Under the pieces are notes generated by a model. The model was given only the letters and a program-made list of their open reading frames with translations, had not been told where the DNA came from and did not search any database. Below are positions 11,680 through 24,060 of a DNA stretch of 64,000 nt, piece after piece. The position numbers and the translations under genes were made by a program. Each line of letters begins with the position of its first letter. Positions within the stretch are counted from its first letter, which is position 1. Source of the stretch: Octopus sinensis (lineage: Eukaryota); NCBI RefSeq assembly GCF_006345805.1, contig NC_043000.1, positions 122,698,001-122,762,000 on the forward strand. Reading direction: 5' to 3'.

Positions 11680-12008
11680 ATGTGTGTATATATATATATA
11701 TGTATATATATATGTGTATATATATATATATATATAGATATATATATAGTTACATACATACACACACACGCACACATATATATACACATACACACACACA
11801 CACACATATATGTATATATATATATATGATATATATGTAGTACATGTATATGTGTGTCTGTGTATGTCGGTAGGATGATAGGTAGGTAGGTAGGTAGGTA
11901 GGTAGGTAGGTAGGATGGTAGGTAGGTAGGTAGGTAGGTAGGTAGGTAGGTAGGTAGGTAGGTAGGTAGGTAGGTAGGTAGGTAGGATGGTAGGTAGGTA
12001 GGTAGGTA
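11455..12008. repeat. Compound (GT)n/(AT)n/(CA)n and (GGTA)n microsatellite
   Basis: Direct reading. Confidence 0.95.
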
Positions 12009-12660
12009 TGTGTTTCCAATAAAGAAACATATCTATGTATTTATGTATTTATGTATATATATCACATTTTCCTCACATGCCTTCTTTGCCGACACTTTGG
12101 ATCCTCGAAGCAACAAAAATTCTGAGAGTGGTTTTAATGCAGTTTACGTTGATGGAATTCTGGGATTATGTTGTTCTTGCTTCTCTATTATCACGATTGT
12201 AATCGGCTTTTCCATCATACTTTAACCAGTCTTATTTTGTGCTTGCATCTCCTTCCTACTTTGATAGTGTCTTAAAAATTAGAAAGGAATATTTTTGGTT
12301 CATCAGAGTAATTTATTATACAAATTTAAATATTTAAGTCCTGATATACAAATTTAAATACTTAAGTCATGATATTTGATATTCAGTATCACAACATTTT
12401 ATAAAACACTGAGATATTCGGATTAACGTTCTCATCTTGGTTGTTGTGGTCACATGTATTGACCGTTGTACCTTATGGTCATCTTTGGCGCCTTTAGGTA
12501 ACGCGACGTGTATTACGAACACTTAATAAAATTCCCATGGCTAGATTGTTCTCATTCCGTTCATGAGTATTGAATACGACAGGCACTTAAGAAATCCAAA
12601 GTTTACATTTGATTGTGGCAACAACCGAGATGAAGTAACTTGTTCGAGTATATATAATAA

Positions 12661-12795
12661 TAATAATAATAATCCTTGTTACTAAAGAGACAAAGCCTGA
12701 AATTTGTTGGGAGAGGACGAGTGGATTACATCGACCTCAGTGTCCCACTGGTACTTAATATCTCGACTCCGAAAGGATGAAAGGCAAGGTCGACC
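12661..12795 (-). mobile_element. Family B core and tail with (ATT)n end, head missing
   Basis: TAATAATAATAATCCTT...GAAAGGATGAAAGGCAAGGTCGACC on plus. Confidence 0.75.
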
Positions 12796-13050
12796 GGTTT
12801 CCTTGGCGTATAGGTTCCCCTCCTGGACAGGACGCCAGTCCGTCGCAGGTGAGCTGCAAAATGCAGGAGGAAAGAGTGAGAGAAAGTTGTGGCGAAAGAG
12901 TCAGCGGAAGTTCGCCATTACCTTCTGTCGGAGCCGCGTGGAGCTTAGGTGTTTCGCTCATAAACACACACATCGCTCGGTCTGAGACTCGAACCCGTGA
13001 TCCCTCGACCGCGAGTCCGCTGCGCTAACCACTAGGCCATGTGCCTGCAC
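12794..13050 (-). mobile_element. tRNA-derived SINE family E
   Basis: Minus strand TGGCCTAGTGGTTAG (A box), GGTTCGAGTC (B box), body with CCTGCGACGGACTGGCGTCCTGTCCAGG; head and body homologous to 21600-21793. Confidence 0.8.
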
Positions 13051-13575
13051 TTGCAAATGGAATTACATCCTTTGAATTGGGTACGTAGAATTAGCTTAAT
13101 AAATAACCAGATAGAGTTGTAGGTTTATAAACAATTCAAGCAACATTATTCCGATTGTTGTCTGATACTCAATGGCTGAAGTTCCCTATTATCCCCAATT
13201 ATGACAAATATGTACATATGTGTGTGTATGTGTGTGTGTGTGTGTGTGTGTTAACTATATATATATATATATACATATATATGTGTGTGTGTATATATAT
13301 ATGTATATATATTGAGAATTTAGACAACATCGCGTCGGGAATATATGTACTGCCGGACCAGGCGAATTCAATAATGTATTAAATATACTTCACAACTAAA
13401 AGGAAAAGGACAACAAACTGGATGAGTTTATAACTCGCAAGGACTGCAGATTTCCAAATTTCTATATACTCGCTACAAAAATGCAGCGAACACTTTCGAA
13501 ACCAACTGTGATTTTTTTTTTATTAGATGGAATAACTTGTTGGCCACCACATAACCTGACATATTACTGCATCTT

Positions 13576-13970
13576 TTCTGCTCTATGCACAAGGCCCGAA
13601 ATTTTGGGGAGGGGGACCAGTCGATTAGATCAACCCCAGTACACAACTGGTACTTAATTTATCGACCCCGAAACGATGAAAGGCAAAGTCGACCTCGGCG
13701 GAATTTCAACTCAGAACGTAGCGGCAGACGAAATACCTCTTCCGTTACTTCCCACTAGGTGCTACACACAGAGAGGACAAACTAGGACAGACAAACGGAT
13801 TAAGTCGATTATATCGACCCCAGTGCGTAACTGGTACTTATTTAATCGACCCAGAAAGGATGAAAGGCAAAGTCGACCTCGGCGGAATTTTAACTCAGAA
13901 CGTAGCGGTAAACGAAATACGGCTACGCATTTCGCCCGGCGTGCTAACGTTTCTGCCAGCTCACCGCCTT
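13576..13970 (-). mobile_element. SINE dimer A + headless B with TSD around the whole dimer
   Basis: 17-bp TSD ACATA(T/G)TACTGCATCTT at 13559-13575 and 13971-13987; junction GAAATACCTCTTCC at 13730-13743. Confidence 0.88.
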
Positions 13971-14696
13971 ACATAGTACTGCATCTTGCAACAAATAGGA
14001 TGGTCCCTGCTTCATAGGCCTTTTAACATAGTTATGTTCGATCAAATTGAGCTGGCGCTAAACAACAGGAAGAACAAAATAACAACTGTTTGTATTGCTA
14101 GACTTAATTAAATTACGATAATGATTGATCATGTTACTCTGCTGTTCATCATTCAAAACTATCTTTATAATTAATTCATGTTTCATAGAGTCAGGCTAAT
14201 ATAATCATTTTATGGATTTTCTATTTTCTTTTAAACTGAAGTATACCTAAAACAAACGTTAAAAATACGCTGGTGTGCAATTTGTTAAAAGGCAGTCAAA
14301 CGTTGGATAAGACGACCGTACATTATTGTTTAAAAGGGAAAAATAACTTTTCGATCATTGGGTAGAATTTTCTAGATAAAATATTTATCTTATCATTAAC
14401 TGCTTCCTCTCACATTCTCATATTCCACCGCGCTATTCGTCTTCGGCAATTTCCGTTAGCTACAGGAGGACCAAACCGCAGCTTCTTTCTTTCTTTCAAA
14501 TGTCAGAAAATCTTACATATTCTGATAAACAGCTCGTTTTTACATTCCTCCAACCAAACTCGCCGCCCCCGCCTTCTCACACATTATATTACACTTGTAC
14601 GTGTACACTGTTGGTTAACTCCCACCACACTAATAGGCCGATGACTAGCTCCTTCTTCAGCCATCAGTCAGTGAAACATTTTACTTGAAGAAAGAA

Positions 14697-15284
14697 CAAG
14701 GAGTGGCTGTGTGGTAAGTAGCTTGCTTACCAACCACATAGTTGGTAAGCAAAGCCTTGTGAGTGGATTTGGTAGGTGGAAACTGAAAGAAGCCCGTCGT
14801 ATATATGTATATATACAGTTAATCCAAACATGAAAACACAAAGAGAAAATACAACAACGCGAGGACGTGGAACAAGTATACTGTTATTGGACACTCAGGA
14901 AAAGAAATAAAGAAGGGGATTTAACGTTTCGAGTGGAGCTCTTCGTCATAATTATAGCAAAAGGAAAGATCCAAGGAAGGGAAGACGGAGGGAAAAAAAT
15001 CGCCAACGATACACACGCGGTCACCTATTGAATGACCGGAAGGGAATTTATGTGTGTGTGTGTATATTTTTGCGTGTCTGTGTTTGTCTCCCCCCACCAA
15101 CATCGCTTGTCAACCGATGCTGGTGTGTTTACGTGCCCGTAACCTAGCGGTTCGGCAAAAGAGACCGATAAAATAAGTACTAGGCTTACAAAGAATAAGT
15201 CCCGGGGTCGATTTGCTCGACTAAAGGCGTTGCTCCAACATGGCTGCAGTCAAATGACTGAAACAAGTAAAAGAGTAAAAGAGT
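14697..15284 (+). mobile_element. SINE family C (tRNA head, internal TA/TG microsatellite, RTE-like tail), partly deleted, with a PLE-like insert
   Basis: GGAGTGGCTGTGTGGTAAG head, GGAAACTGAAAGAAGCCCGTCG, tail CAGTCAAATGACTGAAACAAGTAAAAGAGTAAAAGAG. Confidence 0.85.
14816..15045 (-). mobile_element. Penelope-like terminal fragment inserted in the (TA)n of SINE C
   Basis: Terminus CAGTTAATCCAAACATGAAA shared with 25110, where it abuts a PLE RT; hammerhead-like motif at 14923-14950. Confidence 0.7.
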
Positions 15285-15567
15285 CATCCTACTTGCTAGA
15301 AACTGCAGCTAAATATCCTCCAAATCACACCATTCACTCTAAATACGTGTTGCATTGCATAATGAGGTCCTGAGACCTGCGAAAGTCAGAAAAAGCCGAA
15401 AAAGTCTTTCATTATAGATCTGCAGTATCAAATTTAACCTGGGGCTATACACATTCACAACAACCACCTCGATTCCTATCTAGATCTCACACTACATTCC
15501 ATTCTCACCACAGTCTCTCACACTCACCTCACTCCCAACACCTCTCATTGAATGTGATTACATCCTG

Positions 15568-15760
15568 GTGTACTTCCTGTACTTACCATTCATTTCTTTT
15601 GCACTTCCGGCAATCATTACTTGGCCATCTATTGAAGGACCTCTATCCAAGAATGTCAGATCTTTTCACTTCAAAAGACAACTCAGCTTATTACTGACAC
15701 CTACGAAATCTATAAGATTTTATTATTTACTTCGTATATTAAACAGTTTTATGGCCTTCT
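15568..15760 (+). pseudogene. Possible CR1/L2 ORF2 C-terminal relic
   Basis: SFALPAIITWPSI...SFHFKRQL resembles the FF.R.I..WN.L...FK..L terminal motif; weak. Confidence 0.3.
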
Positions 15761-16371
15761 TCCAAGTGTATTATCGGCCTAAGTCAAGTGAATTGGTTTT
15801 GGTCGAGAACCGCTAATTCAACGAACCAACAGCTTACATCCTTCATTAAATCATTCTTACTCCTTACATTAAACATATTATTCTACGTTTGACATAAGGT
15901 TCATTCATGGGAGTGAACCGAACCAATAAATTACTGGTATTTCATCGATTGCAAATTGATGAAAGACAAAGATAAGTGCGGAGGTATATGGACATTGAGC
16001 ATAAATAAACAAGTTAGTATATTTCGTGGTTCTGTCATTCGATAGATTTTATATTGCATGTTTTGGAAAGGAATCCTATAAGTACCTTGGAAATGAAGGC
16101 TACACGTAAGATGAATCTTAAGATACAATAAAAGCAATAAATTATTTTAGCACATTGAGATATATATGGTTATATGATGAAGTGGATGACAATTTCTTTG
16201 CAAACAATTGGCTTCGTGTCCAGTTCCACTGCGTAGCATTTTGGAAATGCGTCATCTGTTTCTTCTAGTCGCCAAAATGTCCTTTGAATAGTAGAAACTG
16301 TGCTTCAAAAAGACCAACTACTTCTGGTTTATGGAAACTATACGGAAACCCTTTAACACATTTTATATATA

Positions 16372-17187
16372 TTGGGTCATCCCATAAAGAGTGCGGTTTT
16401 TTAATTGCATGAACTAAAAGTCGGAGAGGGACGGGATAAACTACCTGCATCAACTTGCTATGAAAGCAGGTAGTAATTTTACCTTGTCCTTATTCATAGT
16501 GCAAGTTATGAAGAGTGCAATTCAATTTTAACAGTTATTTTTTCAAAGCTATAATGGATGTGACAAAGGAGCGGCTTAAGTCAGACCTAGAAGAAAAAAG
16601 ACCATTTTTGGACATTATTTACTTTATTTACATTTGACGGATATTTATTTTCATCTTGTTTGTTGTTAGCACAACGTTTCGGTCAATATACCTCCTAGCC
16701 TTCAACAGGTGTCTTGGGAAAATTTCGAATCTGGGTTCTCAGTCCTAACGTATTTTTCGATGTTAAATATAGAACTAGACCATCTGTGGTTTCAAGACGA
16801 AAAGTGATCTTCCATCAGGATAATGCTTGGTCACATACAGCGAGGATGACATTCCAAAGGCCGGAGCAGTTTGAATGAAGAACGATTCCCCAGTCACCAT
16901 CATCGGCTGACATTGTCCCATATGATTATCATTTATTCCGCAATCTTCAAAATCATTTGGACGGAAAAAATATGAATTTTGTAGTCGAGATCAGAACAGT
17001 ACTGGACGAGTATTTTTTGTCACAGACAAGTGAATTTCGGAAGAGAGACCTTGCAAGTCTACCAGATAGATGGCAGAGCATTATAGAAAATGAAGGAGAG
17101 TATATTTTAGATTAAAAAAGAACTTTTTTATCTTAATTTTGGAAAATAAAAGAAGTATAAAAACCTGATTTATCTATGGGATCACCC

Positions 17188-17189
<2 letters not shown>
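16372..17189 (+). mobile_element. Internally deleted mariner (DD34D-type) element
   Basis: Imperfect ~30-bp TIRs (TTGGGTCATCCCATAAA.../...CTATGGGATCACCCTA), TA on the left and (TA)n on the right, MDVTKE start, C-terminal VIFHQDNA, YDYHLFRNLQNHLDGK, LPDRWQSIIENEGEYI*. Confidence 0.88.
16635..16770 (-). mobile_element. Short PLE-like insert with hammerhead-like motif inside the mariner
   Basis: Minus strand GACAC-CTGTTGA-A-GGCT...GACC-GAAAC-GTT-GTG at 16668-16713; interrupts the mariner-like sequence. Confidence 0.6.
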
Positions 17190-17228
<39 letters not shown>

Positions 17229-17229
17229 C

Positions 17230-17277
<48 letters not shown>

Positions 17278-17299
17278 CTTGGAAAAGGATGCGTAGCGT

Positions 17300-17490
17300 T
17301 TGATCATATAGTAATATAAATAATATATAAATATATGCATATATACATACATATATGTACAAACCTACATATATATGTATATATATACATGCATATATGG
17401 ATACAGGACATCAAAAAGACGTTGAACACAATGAGAAACGAAAAGATAAAAACAAAAATTAGAAAACTACCTTTTTTTCAAACAACGAAA
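17300..17490. mobile_element. Fragment of the repeat family also at 24130-24330
   Basis: Shared ATATGCATA...ACCTACAT...TACAGGACA.CA.AAA.AGACGT..AAC..AA.GAGAAACGAAAA. Confidence 0.6.
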
Positions 17491-17529
17491 AAAAAATTAC
17501 TTTAATATGGAGTAGGACTGCCTTAAGCA

Positions 17530-18020
17530 GTAATTACACCTTGAATTCTACGACGTATAGACTTGTACAAAGTTTGAATTGTTTCCAAAGAAATTTTGTC
17601 CATTCTTTAGCTAAAACAGTATCCAATTGGTGTAATAATGTCGGTGAAGGATATCGACTCCTTACTTGGTTTTCTAAAATGCACCATAAACCTTCAATAA
17701 TATTGAGATCTGGGGACTGTGGTGGCCAGATAAGATGTTCAACTTCACTAGAATGTTGCTCGTGCCATTCAATAACGACTTTAGCCGTGTGCATTGGTGC
17801 ATTATCATCCCGAAAGAATGGGTTTCCCTCCGGAAACAGTTCCGCAACCATAGGATAAATTTGATCAGATAAAATGCTTAAATAATCTCGGCTATTAATT
17901 CTGCCATGGATTTCCAAGATATAGCCCTCCACCCAATCATCACAGATCCTCCTCTGTTTTTAACAGTTGTAAAAAGGCAGTTTGGGTCAAATGCTTCTTT
18001 TGGCTGTCTCCACACATATA
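17530..18020 (-). pseudogene. Tc1-family (DD34E) transposase fragment
   Basis: VWRQPKEAFDP..TVK.RGGSVMI, FFRDDNAPMHTAK, WPPQSPDLNIIE; no TIRs found. Confidence 0.88.
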
Positions 18021-19844
18021 TAACAGCAGCAGTAACAACAGCCGTCCAAGAATTTGGACCTGGAGATCTCCATTTCCAGCGACTTCGAGGGCCACCTTCC
18101 AGTGGTGTCGGACGTCAACGAAGAGCCCTCGACTACAACAAGACAACCAAAGTTTTTTTTTCCAAGGTCTGCGGTCTCCCACCCCTAAGCCCTAGACCAT
18201 CACCTAATCACCCTTACCCATCTTGTTGCTTGACAGCAACAACAGCAGCAACAACATTATCAAGACTAAATACAATGGCTAAAAAACCTTGTTGATGATA
18301 TGAAGGAATCCTTCATTAGCAAAGGGGCTTGTAATGTGCCGAATGAAATCTAGTCAAATAAATATACTCGCAGGTTTACCATAAATTCTGGAAAATGTAA
18401 GCTGTAGAAATATAACTTTATTGCAGATTTGCTCTTGGAGAACTCACTCACTTGACTACCAAATTCATAACATCCTTCACACATACACAAACATCTACAC
18501 ACACACACATACACGCACACACACACACACACACATACACGCACACACACGCACACACGCAACGACAAATACACTCAATCACATACACACATACACAGTC
18601 ACGTTTGTTGTAGATTGGTTTTATAGTTAACGCTATTTGCATAATGTTTTTGTCCAGTATGTTTCGGCAGGGATTTTGCTATTATAATATTATATTCAGT
18701 CACAAGATTCTTATATAATGGACGTGCTACTTGCCTGAAATGCGGTTGCAGCATCATATTACCAACAATTTATTTTATCTACGAATTGTTTTTAGTCGTT
18801 CATCTCATTTCGACAATGGAACCTCTAGTGACCTTTGCATCTTCTGTTCGAAATACCATCCCAACTACATTTCTCCTTCTTGCTAAAAATCTTTCCTTTC
18901 TTTGGGATTGGCTAAGTAACAGGATTCGATTCGTGTTCGATCGCTTGAATGCTCAGACTCGTTGTCTACAGATTGGTTTGAAAGTTTGTTAATTTATTCA
19001 TTTTTCCCATATTTGGTTTTAGCCATCGTTTCTGCTGGATTTATTCTTATTTTTTTATCCGATATTCGCATTAGTTGAGGCCTAAACAATGAACGTTTTG
19101 TTAATTTCATTTGTTAAAATGGTCGATGGATAGACGGATAGATGGATAGATTGACGAATAGATGAATTATATGGCCACTGATCAGCCAATTTGTTGGTCC
19201 AGGAGATGGATAGATAGTGGAAACAAGCGAAGGGATGGGTGAAATTTGTAATGTGCTGTCTAGTGTGGGGGTGGATTGAGTGGGATGGTATTGGTGTGAT
19301 GAATGACTTGTTCGCAGTATCATTGCGTTATATAAGAAGGGAAAAATCAATATTATTTAATAGATTCGGTGTTTCGGGGAGAGTAAGAGGAAATGAACTG
19401 CGAAGGTGGAGAAGCGCTTTATCTCATATCATTTGATATTCGTCCTTCATCATTTAATTACCTAACCCATTCAATTTTAGGACTTCGTCATTCAATAGTT
19501 TATCAAAGGCAAGTCATCCTGATGAAACACAAACCTCCCCGTTTTATACAAAGAGGGTCACATTTATAGGCAAGTTTTATGGCAGGGAAAATGCGAAGGA
19601 AGATTAGCACGTTTTGATTTAAACAGAAATCGTGTCAAGCAATAGACTTACACGTAGATTGACTCCTTCCTACAGTTGTCACTGCATGCAATGTTTTTAA
19701 AAATAGTTTACTGGATTCAACTTAAACTAATTAGTGGAATGTTTAATATGAGTTACACCACTTAAAAGCATATCAGCAGAATCTCCTAGAAGTCACTTTG
19801 AATTAGGAATATAATATACAATACACAGTTTTGTATATGGCTGG

Positions 19845-19981
19845 AGGATGATGGATTAGCAAAATCGTTCTGGCTTTTTCCGTTCTGAGTTCAGATCTCA
19901 CCGCAGTCAGGCAAGAAGATGATGGATAAGCAAAATCGTTCTGGCTTTTTTTTGTTTGAGTTCAGATCTCACTGCAGTCAG
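19845..19981 (+). repeat. Two tandem ~70-bp copies of a SINE-head remnant
   Basis: GATGATGGAT(T/A)AGCAAAATCGTTCTGGCTTTT...GAGTTCAGATCTCAC(C/T)GCAGTCAG occurs twice. Confidence 0.75.
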
Positions 19982-20154
19982 ATTACTATTTATAATACAT
20001 TTGTAATTCCTTTGTAATGTCTTCGAGAGAAAAGTCGATGCATGTTTGAGATTCCAATATTCCCTTGGAGTTAAGTATCTTCTCTGTAATTGTAAATGGT
20101 TTTGGGGATGGTCGCGTGGCTTTTGGCCAACGCTATATATATATATATATATAG

Positions 20155-20220
<66 letters not shown>

Positions 20221-20782
20221 ATATGTATGTATGTATGTATGTGTGTATGTATATATTTATATTAAGGGCATTACTATACATAAATGCCTCACGCTAGGAG
20301 GGACTAATTACCCCAAACTATATTTATTTAGGCCGACGTTACCCACCTTGATTTGAAAGGAGGAAAATCGTAGATTCTTTGAATTCAAAAGGTTTTTCGA
20401 ATCTAGTGTATTGAATCTATTTACATGAATCTATTTACACGTCCATTACATTTAGATAGATGCAGTGTTGCCAAAAGAAATATTTCTTTCGTAACAAGGA
20501 ACACATTCTTTTTTATATAATTTTACTTATGTCTAATGAGTTCTCATTACCCACCAAAATTTCATTTTAGCCCCACTTGAGGTAATTTCCCCGGTTCGCC
20601 GACCCTTGATATAGAGTACAGCTCAGTTATTGGGCAGGATATAATCCACTGTACATCTCTCCCAAATGTCTTGCCTTGTGCCTATTAGTTATATATCACT
20701 ACCAACTGTGAGAGAAACTTTCAGTATAAACTGGAATTTGGTTAATTGTGGTAGATGAAACCGATCGACTGCAATACCGTCA

Positions 20783-21180
20783 TTTTTTACTACTTTCAGT
20801 CGTTTCACTGTGGCCATGCTGGAGCACCACCCTTATTCGACCAAATCAACCCCAGGACTTATTCTTTGTAAGCCTACTACTTATTCTATCGGTCGCTTTG
20901 GCCGAACCGCTAAGTTACGGGGACATAAACACACCGGCATCGGTTGTCAAGCGATGGTAGGGGGACAAACACAGACACACAAACATATACGCACACATAT
21001 ATCTATACATATTTACGACAGGTTTTTTTCAGTTTCCGTCCACCAAATCCACTCACAAGGCTTTGGTCGGACTGAGGCTATAATAGAAGACACTTGCCAA
21101 AAGTGTCGCGTAGAGGGACTGAACCTGGAACCATGTGGTTCGTAAGCAATCTACTTACCACACACCCACTACTACGCCTA
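20783..21180 (-). mobile_element. SINE family C
   Basis: Head CTTACCACAC, CORE-like GAAGACACTTGCC, internal CA/TA tract, tail GGCCATGCTGGAGCACC. Confidence 0.85.
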
Positions 21181-21489
21181 CTTCTTTCTGAAAAGTTTAT
21201 CGTTTTGTTTTTGTTTTATAATCTAGTAGATGACATGAGAAATTAATGGCGTTAATTGAAAGCACTGTCGCACAATGGCATTTAAGCGTTCATTCTTCAT
21301 TCTCTCAACGTTGTTATAATACTGAAATAAATATTGATTTCAAATTTTCAAAGTTTGTGTACGGAAAATTCGATTACACTGAAAGCCTTAATCTTATTTT
21401 GTCAACCCTCTTAAGAATGAAAGCAAAGCCGATCTCTGCAGAATTTGAACTCAAAACGATTCTGCCAGCTCGCCGTCTTACTAATATGA

Positions 21490-21793
21490 GTTATATTATG
21501 ATCACCGTGACCGACCAGGCTATCAGGTGTTGCTACACATCCCTGGCTACAATGCGCTTCGCATTGTTTTAGCCTTCAAATGACGCCACCCCGCTGGCTA
21601 AGCGAGCAGGCCAACAGAAGAAACGGTGAGAGAAATTTGTGGCGAAAGAGTACAGCAGGGAAAGCCACCACACCCTGACGGAGGATCGTGGAGCTTTAGG
21701 TGTTTTCGCTCAATAAACACACACACCGCCCGTTCTGGGAATCGAAACCGCGATTCTACAACCGCAAGACCGCTGCCCTAACCACTGGGCCAC
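21490..21793 (-). mobile_element. SINE family E-like
   Basis: Minus TGGCCCAGTGGTTAG and GGTTTCGATTCC boxes; TAAACACACAC and GTGGCGAAAGAG shared with 12794-13050; different 3' part. Confidence 0.75.
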
Positions 21794-22322
21794 TTATATT
21801 ATGATATCTAAAGTAAATGAAATCGCGTTTTGTCTCTTTACTCTAATGAAAGTGTGTAATTTAAAGCTGCTGGATAGTTTTGCTTAATGGAACAGTCATT
21901 ATCCATTCGATATTACGATAATGACATGATTTCAAAGTGTCATTTTTGTGTCACCTGTCTTTACGTAAAAGCCTACAGTGTTCTTCAATGAATATTTAGA
22001 AAACACTTTCAGGTAATATAATAGGATTATTCACTTTAATACTAAGAAACTAGTTCTAAAATGGACAAATACAACGTAATCTTTTTCAGGTTCCCAAAAC
22101 CATTTACAATTACAGAGAAGATACTTAACTCCAAGGGAATATTACCATCTCAAACATGCATCAACTTTGCTCCCGACGACATTACAAATGAATTACAAAT
22201 GTATTTACAAATAATAACAATAGCTATGGAAATATATATCATTTCAAAACTTATTGTAGTTCTCACATGCATAGACGTACAAGTACCTTTCTTAAACTGT
22301 CATTTATTTGTGTATATATTTA

Positions 22323-22412
<90 letters not shown>

Positions 22413-22428
22413 CATACATACATATATA

Positions 22429-22660
22429 TAGGGCTGGCCAAAAGTCATCTGAAAGTAATTCAAAACAATTCAATTCCAAGATTTATTCATGTTTGACAAC
22501 TGAATGAATTTAATAAAACCATCTAAATATGAAACATCATGAAAATTGTTCAAACTGAAGTCCTTCTTGAGCGACACATATTTCAAATGAATAAATGAGA
22601 TTGAATATTAAGTATTTAAGGAATTTTGATCTAATGTCGCGTGGCTTTTGGCCAACCCTG
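22429..22660. mobile_element. Tc1/mariner-type MITE (~230 bp) in (TA)n
   Basis: TIRs TAGGGCTGGCCAAAAGTCA / TGGCTTTTGGCCAACCCTG, TA flanks. A lone matching TIR lies at 20111-20134. Confidence 0.8.
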
Positions 22661-22684
22661 TAAATATATATATAAATATATATC

Positions 22685-23250
22685 TGTCTCTACTTCTCTC
22701 TCTTCTCTCCCCACGTGACCGATGTTCGGCCAGGCCTGACCTTTCTTTCTTGGTTGGACTACTGTCCGTGCAACATCTATATTCCTTCCTATACTTGCTA
22801 AATCTTATGTCCCTGCCGTAAGGCTTTACTTCCACATACGCAAGCTTAATTTAATTCGTCCTTAATCGAAAGACACCTGTTGTTATATCCTGTTATTTAT
22901 ATTTGTGTAACATTTCTGGGTTTTTTCTTCGTCCTTGTTTCGTATACATTCGCTGCTTTCTTCCAAGGAACGTAAAGCTCTTAGCTTATTTTTCCTTGGA
23001 GCCGGCCAGATTGGAGCAATCTCGAGTATAACCAGCCGAAATTGCAAAGATAATCAGGAACTCGACTGAGGATAGAAAACTCAGAATGATCCATCCTTGT
23101 TTTCCTTGTATCGTCTATCTGGATATTTTGGTTTCCTTTTTTTTGTTTCACCTAATTTTCTGGATGTTTTGCGTTCTTGTCCCATTTTTGTATTTTTTAT
23201 ATATAAAATATAGCGGCGTACGTACACTTTGGTCTCTTCTATATATATAT
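22685..23250. mobile_element. Unclassified interspersed-repeat-like insert between (TA)n tracts
   Basis: Complex sequence with (TA)n on both sides; composition like the PLE termini but no diagnostic motif. Confidence 0.3.
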
Positions 23251-23835
23251 ATAGCGACCACGCGCGCATACACACCTACTAAATGCTAAGGACACACAAA
23301 AATATATGCGCGTGTGCGCTAATATGTGTTTGCATAGTTTCAAAATTAGGCGTTAAACTACCAACTTACCTAGACCTACTATGTTCCCCTACTGACCAAA
23401 AACATTATCTCCCAGATTCCTCCTCTCCTCTTCTTCGCCTCTCTTAACAAATTCCAACTTAATACCACTCCTATATCTTCTTTTTCTTTGACTCTGTTTA
23501 AATGTATTTACAGGGTGTCACAACATATTTACTTAATTATTTATTCAACAATTTCCCCATCCTAAATTCACAACGATATTTTCCTTGCCATTTTCAAAAA
23601 TATCAAATTATTCCCTCTACGCGTCCCTCTGTGTTTTTCTTTTTATTCGTATTGTTATTCTTGTACTTAACAAATTTATACATTTACCCACTACGCTATT
23701 TTACTTGTTCTCAAATATGTCTTCCCTTTTCTTCTCTCACTCTGTGCTTTCCACGCATTTTCGATCAAAGATGTTAACTGGCAGGGTCTTTGATCGAAAA
23801 TGGGTCACTGCTCTTTGTTCTTTGATGCACATTGC

Positions 23836-23867
<32 letters not shown>

Positions 23868-23947
23868 ATATAATATATATAATATATAATATATATATAT
23901 TATATATATATATATATACATATATATCACACAAACATATATATACA

Positions 23948-23979
<32 letters not shown>

Positions 23980-23980
23980 C

Positions 23981-24016
<36 letters not shown>

Positions 24017-24060
24017 TATATATATAACACATATGTATATATATATATATATATATATAA

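Noticed and set aside
12010-12225. Terminal exon encoding a transmembrane/GPI-like tail (GILGLCCSCFSIITIVIGFSIIL*)
   Set aside because: No convincing acceptor and no upstream exons; T-rich DNA gives hydrophobic peptides by chance.
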